A stretch of DNA of 47,862 nucleotides from Octopus bimaculoides (GCF_001194135.2 NC_068985.1:108058595-108106456), one strand, 5' to 3'. Positions 24,601-39,531 are shown, numbered from the stretch's first letter. Notes: generated from the letters alone by a model not told the origin. Numbers and translations are program-made.

Positions 24601-27600
24601 ATCTGGGATATGGGAGGGAGCAAAGGAATCACAGACAGCGACATCCCAGATGAAGCACCTACCTCCTTACCCAGGGTCAAAGGGTAAGACCATATGGTCT
24701 TTTACCATCACTTCTGGATAATCCCATTGGCTCCAGAACCGAAGGGATATTAACCCAAGCCAGGGCTTACTTAATGGTTGTTTAGCTTGGTGTGATGGGT
24801 GAAACAACCAGCATTAAGGTGACAAGACCGACTGTGAAGGTCTGTGGAGTCAAGGGGCCTACCACAGTGATATCTCAGTTCCTTATAGAATAGCCTGGGC
24901 AAAGTTCAGAGAGCTCCTACCTCTGCTGGTGACAAAGGCCTCTTGCTCAGAGTAAAAGGTAGACTGTATGATGCATGTGTATGTGGGAACTATTCTCAAC
25001 ACTTTAATTACAGCCAGTCTTCTGTGCCTTACTTGCTGAGAAATTTCTACCAATTTCACAAAATTCTATTATCGACACTCTTTTCCCTTCCTCGGTAGAT
25101 ATGGTCACCATATTCATTGCTTGCAACTTTGCTTCAGGTTTGTGAGCAGACATTAACTAACATACACCCACACGTGAATGCATGTCCCCCTCTATGCACA
25201 AACACTCATTACCTTTGATCAGTGAAACCCTACAAAGTGACTGGTTTAGGTATGGCTGATTTCCTCTTCAAATACTCTGAAGTTGACCTTTATTCTCATG
25301 GAACCCGTCAATCAATTCTTCATCCCTCCTCAGTGCATCCATCCAGGTCAGGTAGCTTACCTAGACACCAGCTGTCTCAATTGAACAATGAGGTATGAAA
25401 TTTAGTCACATTGGTCTTTTGCTAAGTGAAATATCTGGGCATACCACAACTATAGATAACAGTAACTGGATAACTGAACTGGTTGATCCTAGTTATTGAC
25501 AGTTAGTTGTCTATTCATCCACTTAGCATCCACTGATATTTGCCATTGACTCAATAAATTCATCTGCTGAAATAGTTCACATCCACCATGCTGCATCCCA
25601 TGATTTTGATGTACCCTGTTCCAGGTGGTTACATGCTATTTGACCTATTGTTGGGACCTAACAGGTGCTACTACTCCAGGCTAGAGTAGATCTGGGAAGA
25701 ATAGTAGCTAAGAGGTGGTTCCACACTTCCCAAAACCCTCGGACTCCCAGATCAGGGTCCCATTAATAGATGCAGAACATAAATCTCCTCCAAATTTTAG
25801 TAAGTTGTGATAATACACCTTATTTCCTAAAGCTTAGTCCGGGGATATAGCTAGCAATAGCCAGCCAATGTATCATTGAATATAGCATGCACAATAAATT
25901 TATGGCAAAACAATAAAGAAAATATTTAAAAAAATGAAAGACAAAACAAAAGCGATATCTTACATCGGTGGCCAAGTCAGATTTAGAGAATTCACCAACT
26001 TTCACTTGCTCGAATTTCTTTTCGGTATATCTAAACAGTAAAAATTGTGAAAGTTTAGTTATCACATCTCTATTGATCAGACAGACTCATGAATTTTTTA
26101 TATTTAAAACAAGGAAGGTGAAAAATAAGAAAATAAGGAACTTGTGATATACAGTGTGCTGGTAAATTATACAACTTGTCAGAAAAGTGTAAAAGGAGAG
26201 ACAGGAAGCAGTAGTAAGACAAGCAAAGAAAGAAAGCAGTGATTGTCAAAAGTGTATGTATTGTACATCATCATCATCATCATCATCATCATCATTTAAC
26301 GTTCGCTTTCCATGCTAGCATGGGTTGGACGATTTGACTGAGGACTGGTGATTAAATGCAATAAAACCAAAAGCAATAAAAATACTGCCACACCTTGTGC
26401 CTACCTAACAATAGAAAAACCTACAGGCTTGGTTACAAAGTTCTTCATGCATTAATAAATTGTAAACAATAACATAACCCCAAAATCTAACAAATAAAAA
26501 ATGTCTGCAAAATTCCTTCCCATAACATTTCCCCATTCAAACCCAAAACATCCACAGATGACTAACTCAACAGAGACTATGTAAAGACACAGCAATCTGA
26601 TGATGCACTGCAGTCCAAAGATGGCTTAGCTGACTGAAACTTCGAAGTTCCTGTCAACAACATTCTTGTATAAGAATAATATATATGTATATGGAGATAG
26701 TGTTTATTGCCATTCAATATGGATGTTCTCTAAGAGATGATGATACTGCTTTTTTAACCCTAGGACATCTCCAGCTGGTTTATTTGCACTTGATATTTAT
26801 TGCAAGTGGGAGAATATATATTGCCGGTGCCCCTGTACTGGCTTGTGTGGGTGGCATGTAAAAGACACCATTTCGAGCGTGGCCGTTGCCAGTATCGCCT
26901 GACTGGCCTTTGTGCAGGTGACACGTAAAAGCACCTACTACACTCTCTGAGTGGTTGGCGTTAGGAAGGGCATCCAACTGTAGAAACTCTGCCAAATTTA
27001 GATTGGAGCCTGGTGTTGCTATCCGGTTTCACCAGTCCTCAGTCAAATCGTCCAACACATGCTAGCATGGAAAGCGGACGTTAAACGATGATGATATATG
27101 TGTGTCTTTGTGTGTGTGTATATCATCATCATCATCATCATCATCATCGTTTAACGTCCGCCTTCCANNNNNNNNNNNNNNNNNNNNNNNNNNNNNNNNN
27201 NNNNNNNNNNNNNNNNNNNNNNNNNNNNNNNNNNNNNNNNNNNNNNNNNNNNNNNNNNNNNNNNNNNNNNNNNNNNNNNNNNNNNNNNNNNNNNNNNNNN
27301 NNNNNNNNNNNNNNNNNNNNNNNNNNNNNNNNNNNNNNNNNNNNNNNNNNNNNNNNNNNNNNNNNNNNNNNNNNNNNNNNNNNNNNNNNNNNNNNNNNNN
27401 NNNNNNNNNNNNNNNNNNNNNNNNNNNNNNNNNNNNNNNNNNNNNNNNNNNNNNNNNNNNNNNNNNNNNNNNNNNNNNNNNNNNNNNNNNNNNNNNNNNN
27501 NNNNNNNNNNNNNNNNNNNNNNNNNNNNNNNNNNNNNNNNNNNNNNNNNNNNNNNNNNNNNNNNNNNNNNNNNNNNNNNNNNNNNNNNNNNNNNNNGTCC

Positions 27601-30600
27601 CATGGATCGCAGATTAAATTTGTATACGCAAATTAAATCTAGCCATGGAGGAATGTAGTGACGGACAAAAAACAAGACAGGAAAACAAACAGAAAAGGCT
27701 TTACGGCCAGACGAGAAAAATTATGTGTGTATTAACGCGATGAGGCACGAACCCGAGAGAGACAAAGTGGTGTGTGCGTTGCTTGGCGAAAGCCAAGGAA
27801 GGAAAGGATTATTGACCGGAAGCATGTGACCATGCCGGTAGAGAGAGTGGTAGAGGGAGAAACAAAGGGAGGAAGTAGAAGAATAGGTGAGCAACAGGGG
27901 AAAGGAGAAAGAGAGGAAATACGAGGGGGAAAAAAAGGTACGTAGTAGTAACAGAGGAAGAACGAGAGGGGTAAAGCGAGATACGTAGTAGTAAAGAGGA
28001 ATATATATATATATATATATGTATATACAGGGTGTCCATTAAGACTGGGTACATGGAGTAAATAAAATTATAACATAAACATTTAACTAGAAGAAATAAT
28101 AATTTTTTAAAGTATGTGTTAATCCCCATGTACCCAGACTTTGTGGACACCCTGTATATATAGTGTAGATATGATTATATGACATAATGATAAAAATACC
28201 TGTAAAGTGTCTTCTCAATTTCTTCAAGAGGAGCATCAACATCAGTGGGTTCCTCATCAGTAAGAGAATCGTAGAAATCATGCTAGAAAAGGAATCATAT
28301 AATTATTGGTCACCAAATTTCTTAAAACACAAGGAATCTTACATACACACACATCTTTTATTTTTTACTCATTTCTTTTCTACTCTGGGCACAAGTCCCA
28401 AAATTTTGCGGGAGGGGGCCAGTCGATTAAATCAATGCAGTATGTAGCTGGTGCTTAATTTATTGACCCTGAAAGGATAAAAGGCAAAGTCAACCTCGGC
28501 GGAGTTTGAACTTAGAGTGTAAAGATGAAATACCACTAAGCATTTCGCCCGGTGTGATAACATTTCTTATTTCTTTATTGCCCACAAGGGGCTAAACATA
28601 TAGGGGACAAACAAGGACAGACAAAGGGATTAAGTCGATTACATTGACCCCAGTGTGTAACTGGTACTTAATTTATCGATCCCGAAAAGATGAAAGGCCA
28701 AGTCGACCTCGGCAGAATTTGAACTCAGAACGTAACGGCAGATGAAATACTGCTAAGCATTTCACCTGGCATGCTAACGTTTCTGCCAGCTCGCCGTCTT
28801 CTTTCAGTTTCTTTCTACCAAATCCACTCACAAGACTTTGGTCATCCTGAGGTGAAAGTAAAAGACACTTGCCCAAGGTACCACACAGTGGGACTGAACC
28901 TGAAACTATGTGATTGAGAAGCAAGATTCTTACCACACAGACATGCCTGTGTACACATCATCATCATTTAATAACTGTTTTGCATGCTGGTATGGTTTAG
29001 ACAGTTTGACAGGATCCAATGAGCCTCAAAACTGTTTCAAGCTGCAATGTCACCTTAGACATGGTTTCTGCTCTTGGATGCTCTTCCTAATGCCATATAT
29101 AGAGTATTATTATAAACATGTGAGTGGTTAAGAAGCATGCCTTGCAGCTACATGTTTCTGGTTTCAATCCCACACCTCAGGCTGTGTCTGCTATTCATCA
29201 TCATTTAACATCTGCCTTCTATGCTAACATGGGTTGAATGGTTTGATAGGTGCTGTCAAGCCAGAGGACGGCATCAAGCTCTACTGTTTGCTTTGACAAG
29301 ATGCCCTTCCTAAAACCAACAACTTTACAAAGTGTACTGGGTGCCTTTTACATTGTGCCAGCACTCGTGTCATACATTCCAGGAACCAGATATTTAACCC
29401 TGATCATCATTTGACACAGAATTACAGTTATGTCATTGACAATGTGCAGTAGGGGAAAACATGCTCACCAAAAGGTGACCACATCTGCTCATGAGGTAGA
29501 AATCTCTGATAATGCCACAGCCTCAATAATTTCTTACATAAAAGCAGAGCTAACATTCCCCGTGTTCCTGAAGCAGTCACCTGTCTGTCTAATTACTAAC
29601 CAGGTTTGGCATTGTTTAACTTTGGTTACCAGATGAGAACAGATATGTGGAGATGCAATGGCCCAGTGGTTAGGACAGCAGACTCGCGGTCATAGGATCG
29701 CGGTTTCGATTCCCAGATCAGGCATTATGAGTGTTTATTGAGCAAAAATACCTAAAAGCTCCACGAGGCTTCAGCAGTGGATGGTGGTGAACCCTGCTGT
29801 ACTCTTTCACCACAACTTTCTCTCACTCTTTCTTTCTGTTTCTGTTGTACCTGTATTTCAAAGAGGCCAGCCTTGTCACACTGTGTCACGCTGAATATCC
29901 CCAAGAACTACGTTAAGGGTACACGTGTCTGTGGAGTGCTCAGCCACTTGCATGTTAATTTCACGAGCAGGCTGTTCCGTTGATCGGATCAACTGGAACC
30001 CTCGACGTCGTAAGCAATGGAGTGCCAACAACAACAACAACAACGATATGACTATTTGTTTATGGTCAAATAATCTTGAAATAATCTTCAAAAGTATCAT
30101 CAGTGTACAAACTTACAGAGGATCTGGTGTCGTCTTGTTCCAAGGTTTCAACTTCAACACTGCCTCTTTCAGATTTCAACTCTTGTAAAAATTGCACAGC
30201 CTAAATAAAATAAAACAAAAATGAAATAAAATAAAACCATAAATTACCCTTCTTTTCTTATATGGAAAAATAAATTGTTAAATAACATTTTTTTCAGGTA
30301 AAATCTTTTCAGATCCTTTCAGTGTGTTTTACAGATGCACAAATTTGTGTAATTTCATAGAAAATTTATGGATGAAATTACATAAATGATGATGATGATG
30401 ATCATCATCATCGTTTAACATCCGCTTTCCATGCTAGCATGGGTTGGACGATTTGACTGAGGACTGGTGCAACCGGATGGCTACACCAGGCTCCAATCTA
30501 ATTTGGCAGAGTTTCTACAGCTGGATGCCCTTCCTAACGCCAACCACTCAGAGAGTGTAGTAAATGATGAGAATAAATATTCAAAACCAGGTTTTTTTTT

Positions 30601-33600
30601 TCACACTAATCATTTTTAATATAATGGTGATGGATTAACAGAACTGGTAGAATGAGAGATAAAATGGCTTGTGGTGTTTAGACAAGGTGCTTCAAATTGG
30701 GACTGAACCTAAAACTACATGGTTGGGGAAGAGAATTTCTTAATCACAGCTATACCTATGCCTGTACAAAGGGGAGTAGTAATGAGAGTGAATCCCTATG
30801 AATAAATACAATATTGTACAAGAGTGGGTGTATTTCGAAAACAGAAATATATCACTGAGGTAAAATACTCTGGAGTCAACCAATTGATTAATTCTAGCAT
30901 GTAGGAAAAATTTGGTAAAACTATTTTTGGTTCCCATCATGAGGTGAGAGGTTCTCAAAATTCAAGAGTCCTGAGCTTTATCTATTTATTTTTATAGAAA
31001 GGAAATCCAGCAAACAATGACGGCCCTTCTTTAGCTTTCTGAGTCCTAAACTAGTTGAACTCAATCCTCATTGGTTCTACTCAAAGAGAACTATGTAGAG
31101 TAGCATTTCTCACAAGTAAAATCAGGCTCCACACCTGGTCACCCACCTGGGGTCTGAGTTTGTGAGGACTGAAAAGAGGGTGGACAAAATACCACCCTTA
31201 AGATAGTGTTTAACTTTTAAAACTCATCTAACACCTTACCATAGGAAAAAGAATTATAAGGACATAAATAATGTTTTGTTTTCTCATTTATAGGGAACAA
31301 GGAGAAAAATAGCAAAATGGGCACATTTTTCTAGGGGTCAATCTGAAAGTAACTTACTTAAAGAAAACTGTAAATTGTGTCATTCTTATATTTGAAATTT
31401 AGTAGTTGATGAATAAAACTGAATTTTTAAATTTCACAAGGGAAGTAATTTTAGGCATGTTCCGTTTAATCTAATCAGCAGAAGTGTAGCTTTGGAACTT
31501 GCCAAACTGTGAGAGATTGTAAATCATTAAGTAAAGATACAGGGCAGTAACAATCCAACAAAAGAGTGTCTACACAATTAGCTTATTAACTAGTAATAAC
31601 AGTCAAAGCTCCTACAAATTAACCATATAATCTTAAAAAAAATACGAATAGACATTTCTGAGACTCATTTAAGGATAGACAACGATAAATTGTAAACACA
31701 TGTTTTTGGAGGCCCAAGGTAAGTATTTTTACATTTATTTATGTTATTTGAGCTTTTGTAAGCTTCTAATATTTCTGAATCAGCACCATTTCATTCTTGG
31801 TTTCCAGATGTTTCATATTTTGGGAAGTTTCTTTTCTCAGTAGCTGCATATAGGACTCTCAGTGAGAACTTCTAGGTTTTCAACACAACTCTACCAACTT
31901 AATTAGTGGAACTAAGTTGCTGCTACATATAAATTTTACTTATTTATTCCCAAGGTGCTACACAGTTCCACTTTGCAGCACCTTGAGCAAAACGTCTTCT
32001 ACTATTGCACGTGACTGACCAATGTTTAAGGAGTGGATTTGCTCAACAAAAACTGAAAGAAGTTTGTCATACATGTGAGTGTGGGAGCAGGGAGTGTCCC
32101 CTAGACTTGACATCATGCGATGGTTGTAAACGAGCATTGTTCATTTACAATCTACCATGAAAACCATGTCTAGTTATGACAAAACATTTATTTGATTGGT
32201 AACAGGTAAGTTGTGACTATAGGAAATATTTAACTGTAGAAAACTTGCTTTCTGCTTCAATGAATTTCATCTGATCCATGCAAGCATAGAAAAATGGATG
32301 TTAAAAATAATGAAGAAGACAAATATATCAATTGAAGAAGAGGATGTAAACATTAACAGAAGTTTTGTTTTCTAGACAGCCAATAAAATATTTCTTGGCG
32401 TTTACAAATATAACCACATGAGAACTACTGATGAATGATGAAAGGAATATTACCTTGAAGCGTTCATCTTTGTTACTTTCAGGTGTATTCATCTGATAGA
32501 TCACATCACCCTTATCAAGTATAAACACATCACAATTGTTCAAACAGCTTTTGTGTTTTGGAACCTATAAGAAATTTAAAACAGAATTTATATATACATA
32601 TAAACATATTCTTACAAATAGTGCAGGCGTGGCTATGTGATTATGAAGCTTGCTTCCCAATTACATAGTTTCAGGTTTGATTCCATTATATGACACCTTG
32701 GGGCTAATGCAATTTTACACCGTTCATTGAAAAATGCCTTTTTTAAAATATATTTGTTGCGATTCTTACATTTCAGATGTCAGAGATTACGAACATGCAA
32801 AAAAAAAAAGAAGAAAAGAAAACAATTTTTTTAATTCCCTGCCTCCCATTTAAAATTTTGAACTTTTACCGAAATTTTTTTTTTAAAACCACCTTTGCCA
32901 AATTTAAAATGCTGACCTCAATCTCCCCTACTCCCAAATTTTAAATTGTTCAAATTTCACCCTGCCTCTTTGGTGGACCTAAAAAAACAATTTTTTTTTT
33001 GCATATTTGTAATCTCTGACATCTGAAACGTAGGAATCTGAAAAAATATTTTCAAACAAATGCGTTTTTCAAGAAGAGGTGTGAAACTGCCTTTACCCGG
33101 CACCTTGGGCAAGTGACTTCTACTATTGCCCTGGACTAGCTAGAGCTTTGTGATGAACTTTGTTGATGGAAACTGAAAGAAGCCCATTGTGTGTGTGTGT
33201 CTCCTTGGTTTGATGATATTGGATATATATAAGCAAGTATCAGTATCAAACAAGCAGTGTTATTTGTTTCCAAATTTTCCATGAAAATATGTGAGGCCAT
33301 AGGAAATACTACCTTCTTGTTTGGAAACAAGTGAGGATTCATGACAGGAAAGGCATCCAGGTGTAAAAAAATCTGCTCCAATAATATTCCCTTCAACCCA
33401 TGAAAAACGCCTGTTTATTATATAAGCTCACCAAATAAGAGAGCTTCTACAATAGTTGCTCGACTTGCTAAATATAACAGCAAAATTTCACTTAAATCAC
33501 ATTCTGTCCTCTTAGAAAAGGAATACACATTGGATAATGTAGTCATACATATGTATGACTACAATGACAAGATAGTTTTGGCTGGAAAGAATTTCATGAC

Positions 33601-36600
33601 AGGTCTGTTACAACAACATACTCACAAAAAATATAAACTAATAGAAAGTTAACTGTCCTATTATATTTTACACATACAGCTAAAGCATAAAATTCTGTAA
33701 CTTTGCTTGTATACCTAAACAAGGCAGCAATATTCTGTAGCCAAACTAGTTACAGATATCACATTACTGAATACTGTATTCTAGGTTAACTCCCCTTTCT
33801 AAGGTTTCTCATTGCAAGGTCTTATGCTCATGTGAAAACTGATGAAATGCATTATCAAAGTATCATTCTTTTATATACAATAACAAGCAAAATAAACTGA
33901 CTGGAACCCTGCTGTTTCTATGCTGATTACCTCTGGCCACAAACAAGTTTCATATTGAGCAATTTGAGACAGCTCTTGGCACAGAGTTATACCTTGCCTT
34001 TACCAAACTTTTGAAACTGACCAGAGAGTGATATCTTTCCTCAATACAGTTACCTTTGGCATTAGCAAAAGTTTTGAAGGTTTTCTCTGTAGGTGCAGAC
34101 ATGGCTGTATGGTTAAGAAGCTTGTTTTGTAGCCACATAGTTTCAGTTTCACTGTACAACACTATAAGTGTCTCCTACTATATCCCCTGGGCAAGCAATG
34201 CCTCATGAGTGATTTTGGAAGATGGAAACCATGTGTGGGAGCCTGTTGTATAATATGTGTATGATTTAGTATTTGCCCTCCTCTGCTGCTTTGAACTGGT
34301 GTTGCCGTGTTTTCATCCTCATAACTTAGCAGTTTGGTAATTAGAATAAATACAAGAATTGTAAAGAAATAAAATAATTAGTACTGGGGTTGATTTGTTT
34401 GCCTAAACCCTTCAGGGTAGTGTCCAAGCATGGCCAAAGCCCACTGAAAAAGGGCTAGCAACAGGAAAGGACATCTGGCGATAGAAAATCTGCCTCAACA
34501 AATTCCACCTAACCCATGTGAGCATGGAAAAGTGGATATTAAAATGATGATGATGAAATTTGGGTGGATAGACTGATATAAATAAATACTTGGGTCAATT
34601 AGTTCAACTAAAATCCTTCAAGGTGGTATGCCAGCCTGACCACTGTCCAATGACTGAAACAAGTTACCCATTACCTCCCATAATTCTATTAACTGGAATT
34701 TTTTTTATGAAACTTTGATTTCTAGCATAAAACAGCCTTAGAAACACGCTGGAATGATCAAAATAACATTTCAGATAGAAATAAGCGAGATATTGGGTGA
34801 AAAATTAGCAAACCTCATTTGAATATCAGAGAAATATACCTAGTAGATACAGCAAAAAGGTTAGATATGTGTAAATATTGACAGATAATTACAAAATTTG
34901 TAATTTTTAAGTGATCTCATGTGAGATCACTGGTAGGTAATAGGTTAAAGTTAAAGAAAATATAAAAATATCTACTTACTTCAATCATTTCAATGTTCTT
35001 TCTTGAACCAACAAAACGTAGAAGTCTGGCTCGGTAATTTTCAGGTTCAACATGTCTGAAACCAGTTTCTGCACCTCCTTCTAATATTCTGTAAGATGAT
35101 CATGAAAATTATATTTGATATTTTACAATAGATTAAAATTCATTGGTTAGGTATTGTTACTTGAGGAATCAAACTTCTTTAATACTATTACTACTATGCC
35201 ACAACAACAAAGGTTTCAAATTTTGACACAAGGCCTGCAATTTCGGGGAGGAGATAAGTTGATTACATTCACCCCAGCATTCAACTGGTAATTATTTTAT
35301 TGGCCCTGAAAGGATGAAAGGCAAAGTTAGCCTCAGCAGAATTTGAACTCAGATTGTTAGCATGCTACCTTAATAATAATAATCCTTTCTTCTATATGCA
35401 CAAGGCCAGAAATTTTGGGTAAAGAAGCTAGTTGATTACATTGATTCCAGGACTCAACTGGTACTTATTTTATCAACCCTGAAAGGATAAAAGGCAAAGT
35501 TGACCTCGATGGAATTTGAACTCAGAATGTAAAGATGGATGAAATGCCACTAAGCATTTTGTCCGGTGTGCTAATGATTCTGCCAGCATACCATCTTACT
35601 ACTACTACTACTACTAATAATAATAATAATAATTTCTTCTAGAGGCACAAGGTCTGAAATTTTTTTTTGGGGGGGACTAGTTGATTATGTTGATCTCAGT
35701 GTTTAACTGGTACGTATTTTATTGACCCCAAAAGAGTGAAAAGAAAATTGAACCTTGAAATCTCAAATTTCATTAAAATCAGATGAAAAATATAAAAGTT
35801 ACGGCCCAAAATAAAATCCCTATCGGTATTTGCCTGCAAAAAGCCTATTGATTTTATAAACCACTGCTCAGGTGCAATTATCGATTTTTTGTCAATGCCA
35901 TATATTGACATCAACTCACTGCCATGAGCCTTGTTCACTCACCGATTTTCATCAAAACCAGACAAAAAATGCAAAAGCTGCAGGAAAAATAACATTGTTA
36001 TGGGAATTTCCATTCAAACACCTGATTGAGCTCACAAAAATCGATGCCAACGGAGCATTACTGAGTTTACGAAAAATTCCGGCCTTATTTGAACTTCAAG
36101 GCATGTGATCTACCTATGTGCCAAAAATCATTAAAATCAGTTGGACGGTGTGGGGGGAGGTAGAGTAACCCCAAACACACAGAGACACCATTACACATTT
36201 ATGTATATAGATATATATTCATACATGTATGTGGGTGTGTGTGTATTATTCACATGAATACATGCACATGTATAAACATCCATACATGTTCACACATACA
36301 GTTATATGCACAATTATGAGTACCATAAAAAACATGATAAGGTACCAATAAACCAACATCACATGAGAGTTAAGTTACTGGTTATTTTCCCCTTCTTTTT
36401 TTTTTTTACTTTACAGAGGTTTTTGGGAAAGGCATTACCATCAAAGTTCCCATTTCTCTGTGAGAACTTCACTAAACTACAGTGATAACCCAAATAACTG
36501 AAATAAAAATGTCATGTTTTCGATAAGGATTCATAAAAACTGTCAGATATATTTTAGTATATAAATAATTAAAACATAACAAAAACTTACATTAACTTAT

Positions 36601-38179
36601 CAAAGTAGGATTTAAACAGCTCACTCTCTTGTCCTTGAACTTCTCGATGTTGTACAGCTTTATCATCCAACAGAGTATCTAGCTCAACAGTTTTATAAGC
36701 TGCTGTTCCATATTCATCCTAGAAAAAAAAAAAATCACTATCCAATAATATTTTGTCCTTAAAATGTTAGTTATTTCTGTTATACATATAATGGGCTTCC
36801 ATAGTTTGACCAGTAAACTCACTCATAAGATATAGGTTGACCTGTATAGAACTTCCCCAGGGTGCCACACACAGTGGGACTGAACCCAAAATACCATGGT
36901 TGCAAAGTGAGCTTCTTAACCACACAGCCATGCCAGCACCTACATACACATTAAATAAAATTAAAAGGGAAGTTTTCTTATCAGTTTTAAAATTACAGGA
37001 GTTTAAAAGTACTTTTACTTTATTTTAACTTCTTGTTGGCACTCCGTCGCTTACGACGTTGAGGGTTCCAGTTGATCCGATCAACGGAACAGCCTGCTCG
37101 TGAAATTAACGTGCAAGTGGCTGAGCACTCCACAGACACGTGTACCCTTAACGTAGTTCTCAGGTATATTCAGCCTGACACAGTGTGACAAGGCTGACCC
37201 TTTGAATTACAGGCACAACAGAAACAGGAAGTAAGAGTGAGAGAAAGTTGTGGTGAAAGAGTCCACCATCCCCTGCCGGAGCCTCATGGAGCTTTTTTAG
37301 CTGTTTTCGCTCAATAAACTCTCACAATGCCCGGTCTAGGAATCGAAATCGCGATCCTATGACCGCGAGTCCACTGCCCTAACCACTGGGCCATTGCGCC
37401 TCCACACTTTATTTTAACTAACCTCTTGAATAATTTCAAAATGTTAAAAAGATTTTTTTGAGGGTATTCAATGGTTTAGTGGACTGTAAAATTATTAAAG
37501 GCATTTAATACTGTAGGAAGTGGTAAGTTGTTATTGGGCCATCAGACAAAACGAGAAATTTTCAGAGGAAGAATTCCTGTCAAGCAAGTGTTTAAGTTTA
37601 CTAGTTCCTGACACTGTGAGGGAACTAGGTTCACCTAGGTCATGACTCTAAGGTGTCCTCCCGCTGTTTTTCAAATCCTACCTTTAGCAGGGAATGAACC
37701 CATAACCTTTAAGTGATCTTATTTCCATGAACTGTGGTGTATATTGCATGGTTAAGAAGGTCACATGATACTTATTGTTTATTCTATTTGTTAAAAAGAA
37801 ATAGAGGGCTATGTAAAAGTAATGATAAAAATTGATTTCCTAACAAATACAAGATGCAACTGAATGATGAACCCAATAACAGCTGTAGAGAATATAGATT
37901 ACCAATTAGAAGTATTTATTACCTGAGAACTATCTTTACCAATCCAGAAATGAACATCATACTTAAGATCTTCAGAGTCATCAACAGTGTAAGTCTGCAA
38001 TTAGAGGAAGAAAGAGAGCTTTTAAGGAAAAAAAACATAGCAAAAATTTAATATAACATATATATATATATAATACAAAAATGGGACAAGAATGCAAAAC
38101 ATTCAGACAGATGATGCAAAGAAAACAAGGACGGGTCATTCGGAGTTTTCTTTCCTCAATCGAGTTCCAGATTATCTTT

Positions 38180-38243
<64 letters not shown>

Positions 38244-39490
38244 TATAAACATAGACATTGAAAAACAGTGTATAGATAAATACACATTTTATTTTTTATT
38301 TGTTTGAGTCAGATGGTGACCATGCTGAGTCACTGCCTTGAAATTTTAGTCGAATGAGTCAGTCCCAGAATATATTTTTCAAATAAGCTCGAAGCTTAGT
38401 GCATCAGTCTCTTTTGTCAAACTGTTAAGTAGTGGGGATATAAACACACCAACACAGGTTGTCAAGCACTAGTTGGGGACAAACACACACACATATATAT
38501 TATATATTGGACAGGTTTCTTTCAGTTTCTATCAACCAAATCCACTCACAATGCTTTAGTTGGCTCAAGGCTACAGAAGAAGATACTGACCCAAGGCGCC
38601 ATACAGTGGGACTGAAATTGGAACCATGCAGTTTGGAAGTAAGATTCTTTTCACACAACCATGCTTTAAAATTGTGAAGGTGGGTGGCCCAGTTGGTTAG
38701 GGTGTTGCACTCACGATCACAAGATTGTGGTTTTGATTCCCAGACTGGTGGTATTTGTGTTCTTGAGCAAAACACTTAACTTCACCCTGCTCCAGGCCAC
38801 TCAGCTATGAATAGGTAACCCTGTAATGAACTGGCACTCTGTTTGAGGCTAATGCTGGCTTGCCTGCCCAGCCAGTAGGGTGGCATCCTTTAAATACTAC
38901 AACAATGCAAGCAAGTGCATTGTGACCAGCAGTGTATAACAACATGTGATAACCTGTCTGATACAGTGAGATATGTTAAAAATATATGGTTGGGTGATCA
39001 AGAAGCTTGCTTTATAACTAACTATGTTGCTTCAAAACTCATCAGATTTAAATCCTATGGACTACTACGTTTGAAGCAGTGTTGAAAGGGAGAGTACTCA
39101 ATATCCTTACAATACCACAGCAACACTGAAAGCCACGACTGTTTGGGTGACATTCGAAATAGATAAGAACCAGTTAGTTCAAGTGTATCAATGATTCCAG
39201 TCCTGCATTGTAGCAGCCTTCAAAGGTTGTGCATACTGCACAGTGATTCTATGATAACCTGCATGTGTGCATGTAACGCTATGTGCATGTGATGTGCATG
39301 CAACAATGTTATATACATCTGTGCCTGCTGTGTGGTAAGAAGCTTACCTCCCGACCACATGATTCTGGGTTCAGTCCCATTGCCTGGTACTTTGAGTAAG
39401 TGTCTTCTACTATAGCCTCATGCCAACCAAAGCCTTGTGAATGGATTCAGTAGATGGAAACTGAAAGAAGCCCTTTGTATATAAATATGT

Positions 39491-39531
<41 letters not shown>

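Noticed and set aside
36595-36600. Alternative exon 6 donor (GAT AA|gttaat)
   Set aside because: It keeps phase but is much weaker than gtaagt 6 nt further on, and gives a poorer match to the F-x-x-I-x-I-L-x-G-G pattern.
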